Origin: Piedraia hortae CBS 480.64
Taxonomy: Eukaryota
Assembly: GCA_010093745.1 (NCBI GenBank)
Contig: MU005973.1
Coordinates: 1-64,000 of the forward strand
Length of the DNA: 64,000 nucleotides
Direction: 5' to 3'
Below the pieces are notes generated by a model. The model ran no database searches. It was not told the origin of the DNA and saw nothing but the letters and a program-made list of their open reading frames with translations. Of this stretch, positions 38,742 to 49,640 are shown piece after piece. The position numbers and the translations under genes were made by a program. The first letter of the stretch is position 1, and every line of letters begins with the position of its first letter.

Positions 38742-41700
38742 TCAACTACCAATTTTCCTCCCCAAAGCCGTCAGCCGTGCTTCGCGTGTTTTCATGAGGC
38801 CCTTTGCAAAATTGGCGAAGATTGGTGCTGGGCTCTCCGTGACGTCTGTGCTCCGCAAGTCCAAAGGCATGATTACTCTAGCCGCCCCTGTTCCGACATT
38901 CATTGGTTTCCCCATGATAATGCTTTCACTCACACCCTTGATCTCGTCCTTGGACCTGTGAATGGCGGCTCCAAAAAGGTGTTCTGGCGTTTGTTCAAAC
39001 GACGCCAGTTGAAGCACAGACTCGCGAGACAAGGCCAGTCCGTGTCGCGTGATGCCTAGTACCTCACCTGTGGTGGTCATTACATCGGCTAGAAGCTGCA
39101 TGTGTCGAGGATCAATGTCCATGCCGCCCATGACAAGGCTGATTTCGTTAATAATGACAGTCCGAGCCGCTTCAATTCCCAGCACGTTTAATGTTTCAAT
39201 GACACTGTTCGTCTTGGTGTGATGGCCATCGATGCCTTCAGTAGTCATGCAAAGTTTGAGGCCATACCCTTCGACGTATATACGCAGCGGCTCCTTGCCC
39301 GAAGCGTCACACTTGTCATCCTTTTTTAGGATGGCTCGTGAGGCGTCGGGGAAGCCTTTAATGACTACTGAAGGTAGTTGCCGCTTGTACTCCTGCATTT
39401 GCACAAAGACTTGGCTGCTCTCGGCCTCCCTCTCGTCTATCGGAACTTTGGAAGACGCAGCTCGCTTCTTACCCCTTGACTTGCTAGTGTTCGGGGAATT
39501 ACAGTAGAGTCTAATGTGGGATTTTCCGTGTGGAACGGCACGTACATTGCCCGACTTGAATATTTTGGATTGTTGAATTGCTCGAGCAACTTCGTGGATT
39601 GTAAGGTGAAGGCCCGAATCTCGAACGCTACGCCAATCGATTCGCAAGTTGAGATAGCCACTGTCTCCTAACCATACGTCGTCGACCTGATCCACGATAT
39701 CTTCCAGATATGTCTTTTGGATGATGGCTTTGGCAAAGCGGCCGGCAACTTCCTCATATTTGGAATCAAGGTCACAGGTGATAACAGGGGTCAAGATTGT
39801 TTTGGAAGCATTGATGATTTCTTTGATGCGCGGCACACCCTGGGTTATCGACATGCCAGCCACACCCGCAAAATGGAAAGTCTTGAGCGTCATCTGAGTA
39901 CCTGGTTCCCCAATGGATTGGGCACCTACGGCACCTACTGCATGTCCGGCTTCGACTTTGGACTTTTCAAACTTGCGAAGACAGAGGTTCAGAAAGCAGT
40001 CGAGCGCGGCCTTTGATATCTTGAATATCGAAGGTTTGCCAGGAAGACCACCTTGAAAGCGACTCTGGGAGTTGATAGCTTCCTTGATCTTCCCAGTTAC
40101 AAAGGACTGCAGCGTGACCAGAAAGTTACGTACACTCTCGAGCTGATCAGCGCCATCGTCACTGGTATCGTGCAGGTGTAGTTGACTCCCCTTGTCAGAG
40201 TATCGAGCCAATTTAGCCCACTCACCCTCCAAAGTCCGAGCCACGATACGCTGGGCTTCGTCTTCGGTCACGATACCTTTTTCTTCATTGCTCCAAGTCG
40301 TCGTGACTGCATGCATGAATGTCCGCTCGAAATTGACCGGCTTGGCAGATCCTTCCATATCCAGAGGGTCAAGGCCATCATCGCCAAATTTCAGTTGGAC
40401 AACCATCTCACTGGAATTGCGTACAGTGCTGTCGTATTGCGCAGACAAGTCCTCTAATGACTTCATCAACCGCCGAGACATGTATCCCGTGTCGGCTGTC
40501 TTGACCGCAGTGTCGACAAGACCGTCTCGTCCAGTCATAGCATGGAAAATAAACTCGGACGGGTTTAGGCCACTGAAAAAAGAGTTGTATACGAAACCCT
40601 TTGATGGAGGATCCCGGCTCGCCTTGGGGAAGTGTGGTAACGTTCGGTCCTCGAATCCGTTCAATATTCGCATCTGATTTAGAATTTGCTGGCCGACCGT
40701 TGCGACCATCTGGGCAACATTGATATTGGAGCCTTTTGAGCCGCATTTGGCCATGGTCGCCGGCGAATTATGTCTGCTCAGTTCCTGGAAACACAGCTCA
40801 CCGCAGGACTGTCTGACTCTGGACAGAATGCCAGCTATGCGAATTTCCATTGTCTGCTCTTCATCGCAGCCAGGATCACGCTGAAGCTTGCCCTGGTTAA
40901 GGAGGGAAATGAGATCGGTACATTGGTCATAACCCTTCTGGACCTCACGCCTCTTTCTGAGACTGAGTGCTGTGGATGGATAGACATCGGAAATCCCGAT
41001 GGAAAAGGCTTGCTCACTGAGCCAGCGCGCGGAGAGTCTGGCCAGGCGGTTCATCGCGGCCACAGCATAATCTGGGCCAAAATCCCTCATGATGACAAAA
41101 AACACGGAATCTTTCTTGCCGTCACCGACTGTGGCCTTGTCCAGTGCGCCGCACATTACTTGGCTGTTCCTCACGACAAGATAAGAGTCATTGAGAGTCA
41201 TATCCGGAAGGAGGCCGTCTCCAGGATCAGCGTATTGCTTTCCCTTGGCATCAAGATTGACATTGACGGGATATTGTGCATACGGCTTCATAAGCAAGCT
41301 CCAAACTTGCTTGCCTGTCCACAACGCCTGCGGTTTGATGATGGAAGGTGGCGGGATCTCAATTGGGTAGGACTCGCGAGTGACTGGATCTGAAACCTCC
41401 ATGTCAGGAAACATGTACCCGGCAATCTGACAGAATTGCCTGCGGTTGAAAAATTGGTCTTTTTGAGAAATCAAGTACGCGCAGGTAATGAAGTCCTGGA
41501 TGGCTGCTATGATGGGTGTTCCGTTTTTCGGGGTGGCAAGATTGTGCTTCACGCCCATCAGCTCAATGGCTTCGGTTCGCGCGCTCTCTGTTTGCGGGAG
41601 ATGCAGGTTCATCTCGTCTCCATCAAAGTCGGCATTGTACGGATTACAGACACATTCATTAAGCCTGAACGTGCGCCATGGTCGAATTTTGGCACGGTGG

Positions 41701-43190
41701 GCGAGGATAGAGAGCTTGTGTAGCGAGGGCTGGCGGTTGAACAGGACAACATCACCATCTTCCAGGTGACGCTCCACCACATCGCCAACGCGGAGATCAG
41801 CAGCAGCCTTGGCCACCATGTTTTCTTTTGTAGAGCCCAAGATGGTGATTCTGCCAGTGCTAGTCTTGACAAGCGAGTTTGCGCCTGGGTGTTTCAAATT
41901 CCTGTTTAGTACGCGTTGCCGTAGTTTTTGCAGGTTGTGCTTGGTGACCCTTTCGGGATATGTCAGCGTCATTGCCACCTGGGATGGTACAGCAACCTCG
42001 TCAATGCTCAAGTTAGGATCTGGCGAGATGACTGTGCGGCCAGAAAATCCCACACGCTTCCCCGACAGATTACCGCGGAAGCGTCCTTGCTTCCCCTTGA
42101 GGCGTTGGCAAAAGCCGCGCATGGCCTTGGTGGATGCATCGCGAGGAACTCCGGGGACATTTCCGTCAATGTAGATGGCTACTTGCACTTGCAGAAATTC
42201 CCAGATTTCCATAATCGTCGATAGCGGCTTACCTGCCGTGAGGTTGGCACTGAGAAAGTTACTGGCATAGATGATGTCACCGAGCTTGTTGGTAATGTAG
42301 TCTTCGGTGGTAGTTGTCTCCTGCTGGACGCTGGGCCTGATGGCCACCGGTGGTGCTGGGACACAGGTCCAGAGCAGGTTTTCTGGCCTGCCATCTTCAT
42401 ATGGGTTCATGCCGAGAACCTCGACATCTACGTCAGGAATCTTCCGGAAGATGTTGAGCACCCGAAGCGGTGTGAGGTCGTCAACAGCACGTCTCATGTG
42501 CTTTTGAATCTCGGGTGAGCTCTTCTTGGCCTCTTCAAACGATTGTTCGAAAGCGACCATCTCATGCGGCTTTTGCTTGTTCTTGGCCGTGCTATTTAGA
42601 TACGAGGCAAACTTGTTGTGAACCAACTTGAGAGAATGGCCAGGTACCTTCCTGATCGGTCCATTTAAACTCCCGCAATGCGGACACGTTTTGACCTTCT
42701 TGCATGCGGCTGTGACCGTCTTACTTGCCTTCTTTAGCCGGGTGGAATCCATTCCTGGCCTACGAAATTGGACCAGATACGCTCGCTTTTCCTGCTCCGA
42801 CAGCAGCACTTGCGAGCATTCTTTGCACACGCAGCTGAGCACCTCGATGACTTTTTTAAGATATCCGTAATGGAACACTGGCAAACTCAGCTTCACATGC
42901 CCAAAGTGGCCGTTGCACTCCATCAGCCCTTGGCCACATGTCTTGCACGTCGCACTTTTGCTGGAAATGCCCAGTCGGTCGTCTATCGGCCCACGCTTGG
43001 TAATGGGTCGTGTCCGCTGGCCCGGTTGGGGAGATTCATACGGATCACGATCGTTGACCGTGAGAACCGATTGGGATATAGCATGTTCGGGACTGAGGAG
43101 GGCAAATTGTAATGCATTGAGGGATTTGGGCAGAGCCTCGAGAACTTGCTCCTTGACCTCTGGTGCGAACTTCCTTTCCTGCTCGCCCAT
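38742..43190 (-). CDS. RPC1: RNA polymerase III largest subunit (intronless, divergent)
   Basis: CKTC..CNGHFGH zinc site, RGFCQRLKGKQGRFRGNLSGKR, FNRQPSLHKLSI, catalytic PYNADFDGDEMN, GYMSRRLMKSLEDL, SIGEPGTQMTLKTFHFAGVA, DPRHMQLLADVM (Pol III-type motifs; no CTD heptads). Confidence 0.96.
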   Translation of the reverse strand: MGEQERKFAPEVKEQVLEALPKSLNALQFALLSPEHAISQSVLTVNDRDPYESPQPGQRTRPITKRGPIDDRLGISSKSATCKTCGQGLMECNGHFGHVKLSLPVFHYGYLKKVIEVLSCVCKECSQVLLSEQEKRAYLVQFRRPGMDSTRLKKASKTVTAACKKVKTCPHCGSLNGPIRKVPGHSLKLVHNKFASYLNSTAKNKQKPHEMVAFEQSFEEAKKSSPEIQKHMRRAVDDLTPLRVLNIFRKIPDVDVEVLGMNPYEDGRPENLLWTCVPAPPVAIRPSVQQETTTTEDYITNKLGDIIYASNFLSANLTAGKPLSTIMEIWEFLQVQVAIYIDGNVPGVPRDASTKAMRGFCQRLKGKQGRFRGNLSGKRVGFSGRTVISPDPNLSIDEVAVPSQVAMTLTYPERVTKHNLQKLRQRVLNRNLKHPGANSLVKTSTGRITILGSTKENMVAKAAADLRVGDVVERHLEDGDVVLFNRQPSLHKLSILAHRAKIRPWRTFRLNECVCNPYNADFDGDEMNLHLPQTESARTEAIELMGVKHNLATPKNGTPIIAAIQDFITCAYLISQKDQFFNRRQFCQIAGYMFPDMEVSDPVTRESYPIEIPPPSIIKPQALWTGKQVWSLLMKPYAQYPVNVNLDAKGKQYADPGDGLLPDMTLNDSYLVVRNSQVMCGALDKATVGDGKKDSVFFVIMRDFGPDYAVAAMNRLARLSARWLSEQAFSIGISDVYPSTALSLRKRREVQKGYDQCTDLISLLNQGKLQRDPGCDEEQTMEIRIAGILSRVRQSCGELCFQELSRHNSPATMAKCGSKGSNINVAQMVATVGQQILNQMRILNGFEDRTLPHFPKASRDPPSKGFVYNSFFSGLNPSEFIFHAMTGRDGLVDTAVKTADTGYMSRRLMKSLEDLSAQYDSTVRNSSEMVVQLKFGDDGLDPLDMEGSAKPVNFERTFMHAVTTTWSNEEKGIVTEDEAQRIVARTLEGEWAKLARYSDKGSQLHLHDTSDDGADQLESVRNFLVTLQSFVTGKIKEAINSQSRFQGGLPGKPSIFKISKAALDCFLNLCLRKFEKSKVEAGHAVGAVGAQSIGEPGTQMTLKTFHFAGVAGMSITQGVPRIKEIINASKTILTPVITCDLDSKYEEVAGRFAKAIIQKTYLEDIVDQVDDVWLGDSGYLNLRIDWRSVRDSGLHLTIHEVARAIQQSKIFKSGNVRAVPHGKSHIRLYCNSPNTSKSRGKKRAASSKVPIDEREAESSQVFVQMQEYKRQLPSVVIKGFPDASRAILKKDDKCDASGKEPLRIYVEGYGLKLCMTTEGIDGHHTKTNSVIETLNVLGIEAARTVIINEISLVMGGMDIDPRHMQLLADVMTTTGEVLGITRHGLALSRESVLQLASFEQTPEHLFGAAIHRSKDEIKGVSESIIMGKPMNVGTGAARVIMPLDLRSTDVTESPAPIFANFAKGLMKTREARLTALGRKIGS

Positions 43191-43592
43191 TGCGCCTGGA
43201 CTGGGCTGCTAAACTTTTTTCAAAAAGATCTGCGCTAAAACACTTGAGCCCACCGGTTTTGGCGGGTGACCATGTGGGGACGTCAAACCATGTGGGGGAG
43301 GTGTCGCCTGCTCGCTAGTGCAACAGGGTTTAGGTAGATCCGCTTTACTCTATTCGACTTAGTGGCCTGACGTCACCTCGAACGTTTGTTCAGCTGCCAA
43401 AGTGTCTCCGGTGACGTTGTTAACTTTTGCACCCTGAATCGCCATCAAGCAATGGCCGCGAATAGTGTAGGAAGTTAGTCAGAGCTGCGGGGCACACACA
43501 GCTTTATTGGTGCCCCGCTGTAATGTTGGGTTGCTCCTCTACCCCTCATCCCTGATATCCCAACCTAAACCACCACAGTTTTGCACTGTGAG

Positions 43593-44959
43593 ATGCAGGA
43601 CGGGCTTGCACAGGTTACTCTCACCGAGCTTGACACGTTGAAGCCTCCGAACCATTTCCTCATGTGTGCTGGCAGGAAAATTTCACTTGGGCGTGACACT
43701 GCGGACGCCGAAGCCGACTTTTCGTGCTCCAACCGCGTTGTATCACGTACCCATGCTTGCATCAAGTGTCGTACATCTAGTAACTTCGTCATTGAGGATT
43801 TAGACAGTTTGCACGGCACCCAACTTAACAATCAGCACTTGAGCCCGTCTCGACAGTACGAGCTCGCAGATGGCGACGTGATCACATTGGGCCACAACTT
43901 GCCTCGAGGATCAGGTGAAATCCTCTTCGCCGCTGAAAAGTCGAGAGTTGACAGTTTGCAGTGACACACTTCCCCTCGCGCGTGCAATTCAACGCCGCTG
44001 AACCAAGCTCTGCCACGCTAGAGGCCTATAAGCTTAAGGAGCACCCCTTCAAATATTGGTCTGACATTGAGTTCACCGACGACGACACCAGCACGCCGCT
44101 TCCCAACCACTCCCAAAGAAACCCTATGGAAATACAGGCACCACATTCGCACTTTACCCATGGCAATAAGCAATGTCTTCACTGGAATGAAGGCGAAGGC
44201 GACAACGAGAACGGAGATGGTTCCGATCAGCCCGAAGAGGACAGTCTAGCGGAGCAGAGCGATTCTGAAGACATGGATGATTCCAACACTGTGGGGCTCG
44301 TCAAAGAAGATCTCGATACGGAGGAAACGAACTCGGTCAACAGCACCTACAGCCCATCTACAACGCAAGACGATCGGGAGTTTCAGCTCGAATATGCCAT
44401 TCCAGACCCAGATGTCAACGACGAACCAACCACATTTAGTGACAAGTGTTATGAGCTCTCTCCACGGTGGGAAATGCTAGATGAGAGGTCACTGTATGCT
44501 AACTCCAATATGGGAAGGTCTCAACCACCCGCAGAAGACAAGCCAAGAGCATCCCGCATTTCCATATCTAACCTGGTGGCCAAGTCAAGCTCGCCCGCTT
44601 CTACAGAGATTAATACCAGTGAGCTTTGCTTCGGTGAAAAGGACAACGATCAAGTGGTTGAGGAGCACCACCCATCGGATAATCGGAACTTCAAGCGTAA
44701 AGCAGAGAAGATCTCGGGCGAGTCGGAACTTGAAGAGGCCCAGCAGACTGGCACAATCGTTCCACCACAAGAACTGGAAATGTCTACAGTGCTCCCAGCC
44801 AAGAAGTTGAAGATAACACGAGCTGCAGGTTGCAATAGCCGGTGCGCTACCAGGAAGACGACTGTTGTTGGAGCCAGCGCCGTACTGGGCAGCTTCGGCA
44901 TGTTCGCTTTCCTTGTATCGCCCCTTGCGCAGGCTATAATCGAGTGGGCAGAAAGATAG
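43593..44959 (+). CDS. FHA domain protein with acidic disordered middle and C-terminal hydrophobic helix
   Basis: ISLGR, VVSRTHA, IEDLDSLHGTQLN, LADGDVITLG; intron ~43915-43961; possible upstream micro-exon from ATG 43452. Confidence 0.82.
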
Positions 44960-45178
44960 ATTAGGTGAGATGAAAGTGTGAAATCGTGTTGGCCGTATAT
45001 TCTATAGTTCAAACTCTCGACCATGAGTCACATACCCCATGGGGACATTCTGCAACAACCAGCGCCTCCCACAGAATTCAGTGTAGATGCAGCAGATGGC
45101 AAGATAAATGGTGACATGACAAGCTCTTCACTAGAACTGTTCACTAGAATACGAAGTCTTCGGGCATCACCTATCAGC

Positions 45179-46905
45179 CTAGTGCTTGAACTGATCTTCG
45201 GTAACGCCTTTGCCCATGGCGCTGGTACTGCTTACACCACCGCTGACCATACGCAACAGCTCGTCGGCATAATTGGCGCCGCTCCATTTCTGGTGCGTGA
45301 CGACCTCGACACCCTGCTCCATCTCTGGCTCCTGGATTGTCTCCCCATAGGCGCGCATGCCACGCTTGGCAAAGTCCCGACTGAACGAGTTCGAGATGAG
45401 AGCGGTGCTGTGCAAGCCAGCCAGCGTGATGAATTGCCAGCAGTAGCCCAGCTGGCCGAGTCTCTTGATATACGTCTCCTGTTCATGGGCCGGCATAGCC
45501 GCTTTCCAATTGAACGATGGCGACAAGTTGTATGCGAGCCTGGTCATTCACCGTTAGCACATCACCAGTCAACAAGATGGGACAATCGACTGACTTCTGC
45601 TCGGGCCACGCGGCATGCACTCCATCAGCAAATTCCTTGGCTTGAGCGTAGTCTGGCATTTTGCTTTCCATCCAGATCAAATCAGCGTAAGGGGCGTATG
45701 CAATGGCCCGCACAATCGCACAGGGACAGCCGCCCTGATAGCGGAAAAATCCTTCTCGCGTGCGTGGTGCGTCCCAATCAAAGTACACGTCGACGCCCGT
45801 CAATCCCTTGGCGATGGCACGAGCCTCGGCATTGCTTTTTCCCTTGGAGCGTTTCAAGAACTCGTCGATGAGACCCTGCTTATTGACATACGAACCAGCC
45901 TTGATGGTGTCCACCACGGCTTCGTGAAACAGCTTCAGGTTTGCTTCCTTCACCCAGGCGTCTTCAACCGCCTGAAGCTCCTCGCCTTGCTTGCCAGCGG
46001 CTTCGGCAGCGAGCATGAGCTCAATGAGGGGCTTCAGCTTGGGGTTAGTGGATCCTACTACGAATGCATGGTCTCGAGGATCAATGGTGCTTGTTATAAG
46101 AGTTGCTGCTTCCGAATCCGTGCGGGCAATAGCCAAAAGATCCGTTCCCATAATGTCTGCTTGGGCACGGATGGCGACCAGCCGATTGATGTGCTCGCTG
46201 ATTGGCACAAGCACCTTGCCAGCCATGTGGCCGCACTTCTTGGTGCCGGGCATTTGGTCTTCGACGTGGATGCCCGCTGCGCCCTTCTCAATGAAAAGCT
46301 GGGTGAGCTTCATCACAGCAGTGAGGCCACCGTGCCCGGTGTCGGCATCGGCAACGATAGGCCGCAAGAAGTCGGTGTTCGCGACTTTAGACCTCTCGGC
46401 TGCCGGCGTGCTGAGACGCTCCTCCCGTTGCTTACGATCATGGTACAGCTGAGCCTTGAACAGGTGAGACACCTTGTTAGGCACAGTGGTGTAAGGGTAG
46501 TCGGCAAGGTCGGGACCCGGCTCGTCCGTAGACGAGGCCGTGCTTGACGACTGCCAGCCAGAGACATATACAGTGTCCAAGTATTTGGCCATCTGCGTTA
46601 CCATGACGGGATCAAGGCAGCCATAGGTGAAGCTGGCTTCACGATTCTATACCTGGTTAGTTGTTGCTTCTCGTGTCATCTATCATTTCGATGCCCACCG
46701 AAAAACGTTGCTCCAGGATATTCCACAGCTTTTTCGACATTGCATTGCTCGGATATTCAATAGTCAGGTTGCCCCTCTTAGAAGCAATCTGCTCTGCAGT
46801 GTAAGGCCTGCGGGTATATCGCCATCGCGGCAATGTCCACCATTGCTTCAATTCCCGTACTTCCTCTTGAAAGCGCTGGTCTTCGGATTTATTCGAGGTG
46901 GCCAT
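45179..46905 (-). CDS. ICL1: Isocitrate lyase (glyoxylate cycle)
   Basis: [24 protein letters not shown], catalytic [33 protein letters not shown]; two introns. Confidence 0.97.
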
Positions 46906-47146
46906 GTTGTTGGTAAAGCAAGGGATGTGAGCAGAACTTCGAGAACGCCTTGTAAAGGGTTCCGGATGGTGGAAAGGAGTAAGATCAATGCTTCGATAGG
47001 CCAAAGCCTATATGTATACCTGCTCCTGCCGACATCTTCCGAGACCTGGCCCCGCATTCAGAGCAATAGCCGTACGCGGTCTTTGAGGTCGTTCTGGCGA
47101 ATAGCAGTCGGGCAACTGGTGTCGGCTCGGCCCGACAGTAAGCAGA

Positions 47147-47293
47147 CCGAGGTCTCGTTGGTGGCATTTCGCACTGCCACAAGTGGAATAGAGAAGACAA
47201 CGGTTGGTAGTGAAGCCTCTTGGCTTAAAGGACACCTTGTTAATCAGTTGTTGTGGTCTCAAGTGCAACATCCTCTGATTGGGCGAACTGGGG
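47147..47293. promoter_or_regulatory. Candidate FarA/FarB (CCGAGG, 47147-47152) and CreA (CTGGGG, 47288-47293) sites upstream of ICL1
   Basis: Match the Aspergillus consensus CCTCGG/CCGAGG and SYGGRG sites in a plausible position for a glyoxylate-cycle gene; hexamers can occur by chance. Confidence 0.35.
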
Positions 47294-48777
47294 ATCAAGA
47301 ATCGGGGACCGAGAACTTGATGTAAATGAGAGTCACTCTTTTGTGCTCTTGTAGCTGTCACATGTTCTTCCGAAAAGACTCCCGATGAAGAAACTGTGCA
47401 CCTCAGTTTCGCCCGTGTGCTCTAGGCTTGCAGTAGGGGTCTTGTGCAGGTTCCTGTCCACAAAGGTCGAATGTTTTCTCTTGCCTTCTTTCTTGAAAAG
47501 GTGACCCACCCAACCTACGTCAGTCAAGTCTTGTACCTTGCAGACATAAGCAACGTGGCCAGTGTGCGTAGTGTACAAATTATGGAGAGCGAGATTTTCC
47601 ACGTAAAATCAACTTCGAAGCCAAGAAGCTCCAGTGCTAGACCTGAACATAGCCTGCGGACTGTACATCCTACATACATATGTATGTATGTGATTACTTG
47701 TCATCTCAGCTTCAAGCCTTGTGGAAATCTTGCAGAGAAACATGAAGTCAAGTTGTCATAACTACATTGGGAACGGGCCGGATGTTGTACCCTTGTGTCG
47801 GGTCAGGCTACAACTTTGCGTCAACACGTGAAAACATTTGTTGGTGTCTGCAGCTCGGCGAGTCTCGATTTCAATGATAATATGGTATCGGTCTGAGAAC
47901 CCCACTCCAAAGGTCGGAATTCTACTTTCCGTTAGAGCGAGATCAGATACGGGTCAAGGGGATGCTTTTCTGTGGCCGAAACCTGTGCCAATCCCAATGC
48001 ATTTGGCAGCCTAGACTGCCTTCTCACCCCGAGATATGATACATTGATGCGCCACCACCACTTTTTAGTGATGCTGAGCAAAACAAAACACAGAATGGCC
48101 AGATACATCTAAAAAAAGCTTCAAGCAGTGTCGAGGCATAATGGTTCGCTACACTTGGGGGTGTCAGCGTGTTTGGCGATTGTTTAACATTCATGGTTCC
48201 TTAGGTGTACGAACGTTCTACGCCACAACAGGCTGTCATTGCCACGGGTCGAACGTTGGCGTTGAGCCGGTGCGAACGGCCCAGGCCCCGTTGCACGATC
48301 CAGCATCCTGAGCGACAACGAAGCCGGAAATTCGCCGATGTTCGACCAGTATCGAATGAAGAATAGGTAAGCGCCCAGCCCCAACAGCCCCACCAGCCAC
48401 CAATTTGTTTGACATGACCCCTGTCTGCAGCGGCTCGCAGCATGCAGCTCTAGTGCAGGATTGTTTTATTAATAACACCGCGGCGCTGCGGGGTCAGCTT
48501 CACCCGGGGGACCAGCCTCGCCCCGCCATTCCAACCACCCCCAAAGCTCATGATGGCTGGATATGAAAGTTGTGGCCTCACGGCTGCATATTGCGTCCTG
48601 TTATGTAGAATTGCTAAGCTAAAGTCGCCCACCATTTGCCTTATTCCCCGGCGAACACTCGCACGCCTCCCGAGAACAAACTTTAATTGTTTAGCGGGAC
48701 CGGGTATATATTCTGTTCCGTCCGACTTTTGCACGTCGATCATTTTGAGAATCACACGCCAAATCGCACATCTGAAC

Positions 48778-49470
48778 ATGGCAAGGCTTTTCATCGCCAT
48801 CACCCTTCTCTCATCTATCGTCGCTTCCTTGCCTACCCAGGCCTGCAATGCGTCACCCACGCTTCCTTTAGGCGAGGTTGCCAATTCGGGCCCATCGCCT
48901 TTGCCAACTCTGTCTGGTCCTCCAAAGTTCATTGCACTTGGACTCGGAACTCAGAATTATACCTGCAACTCCACGACAGGAAACTACACGTCAACAGGAG
49001 CTCTGGCGCGTCTATTTGATGCCAAACCGTACCTGACCAGGAACAAGAACGAGGTTCAATCATTGCCACGAGCATACCTCGATCGCTACCTCGAGTTTCC
49101 TTGCTCTCAGCAACCATCTGACTGCAGCGAGGAAGATGAGCAATGCGAGGAACTTGTAAATGCAAGCTTCCAACCGCTGTCACTCCGTGTCCTTGGCGAG
49201 CATTATTTTGACAGTGCAGGGGTCCCCACTTTTGATCTTTACAAAGGCCAAGGCCATCCGCTCCTGCACGGGAAAAAGACTGGCGAGTCTCCCGCACCCA
49301 GTAAAGAAGATGTCCATTGGCTCTACTTGACCTGCAACGGTTCTACAGATGACAGAGTCGTTTCGTCCGTCTACCGAGTGGAAACGGCCGGGGGCGTGCC
49401 ACCTGATAGCTGCTCCGGCGATGGCAGCATCGTGGTGCCTTATGCGGCAGAGTACTGGTTCTACACATGA
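48778..49470 (+). CDS. Secreted DUF3455-type protein
   Basis: Signal peptide MARLFIAITLLSSIVASLP, ALGLGTQNYTC, GALARLFD, LGEHYFD..GVPTFDL, DVHWLYL, VYRVETAGGVPP..C, VPYAAEYWFY. Confidence 0.88.
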   Translation: MARLFIAITLLSSIVASLPTQACNASPTLPLGEVANSGPSPLPTLSGPPKFIALGLGTQNYTCNSTTGNYTSTGALARLFDAKPYLTRNKNEVQSLPRAYLDRYLEFPCSQQPSDCSEEDEQCEELVNASFQPLSLRVLGEHYFDSAGVPTFDLYKGQGHPLLHGKKTGESPAPSKEDVHWLYLTCNGSTDDRVVSSVYRVETAGGVPPDSCSGDGSIVVPYAAEYWFYT

Positions 49471-49640
49471 TGATTGAAGGAGGTTTTTTCTGGTGCATCT
49501 TTAAGTTTGTGAAGCTTAGCGCGCATTTATGAGATGGGATACAGGACTCACTGGTAGAGTGACAATGTGAATGTTTAATGGTTATGTAATAAGTTCTACG
49601 ACAATTATTCTTTGCTCAGTGGCTCTTCAAGGCGAGAAGT

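Noticed and set aside
43211..43223. RRPE-like TGAAAAAAAGTTT upstream of RPC1
   Set aside because: Imperfect match, only about 20 bp from the ATG, and no accompanying PAC motif
45615..46547. Long antisense ORFs opposite ICL1 (also opposite CCT5, RPC1, SNF1 and the ACC-synthase-like gene)
   Set aside because: Shadow frames of codon-biased genes with no recognisable motifs
48778..49470. Malate dehydrogenase label, tempting next to ICL1
   Set aside because: No Rossmann GxxGxxG motif, and it has a signal peptide; the label is a common misannotation of DUF3455 proteins
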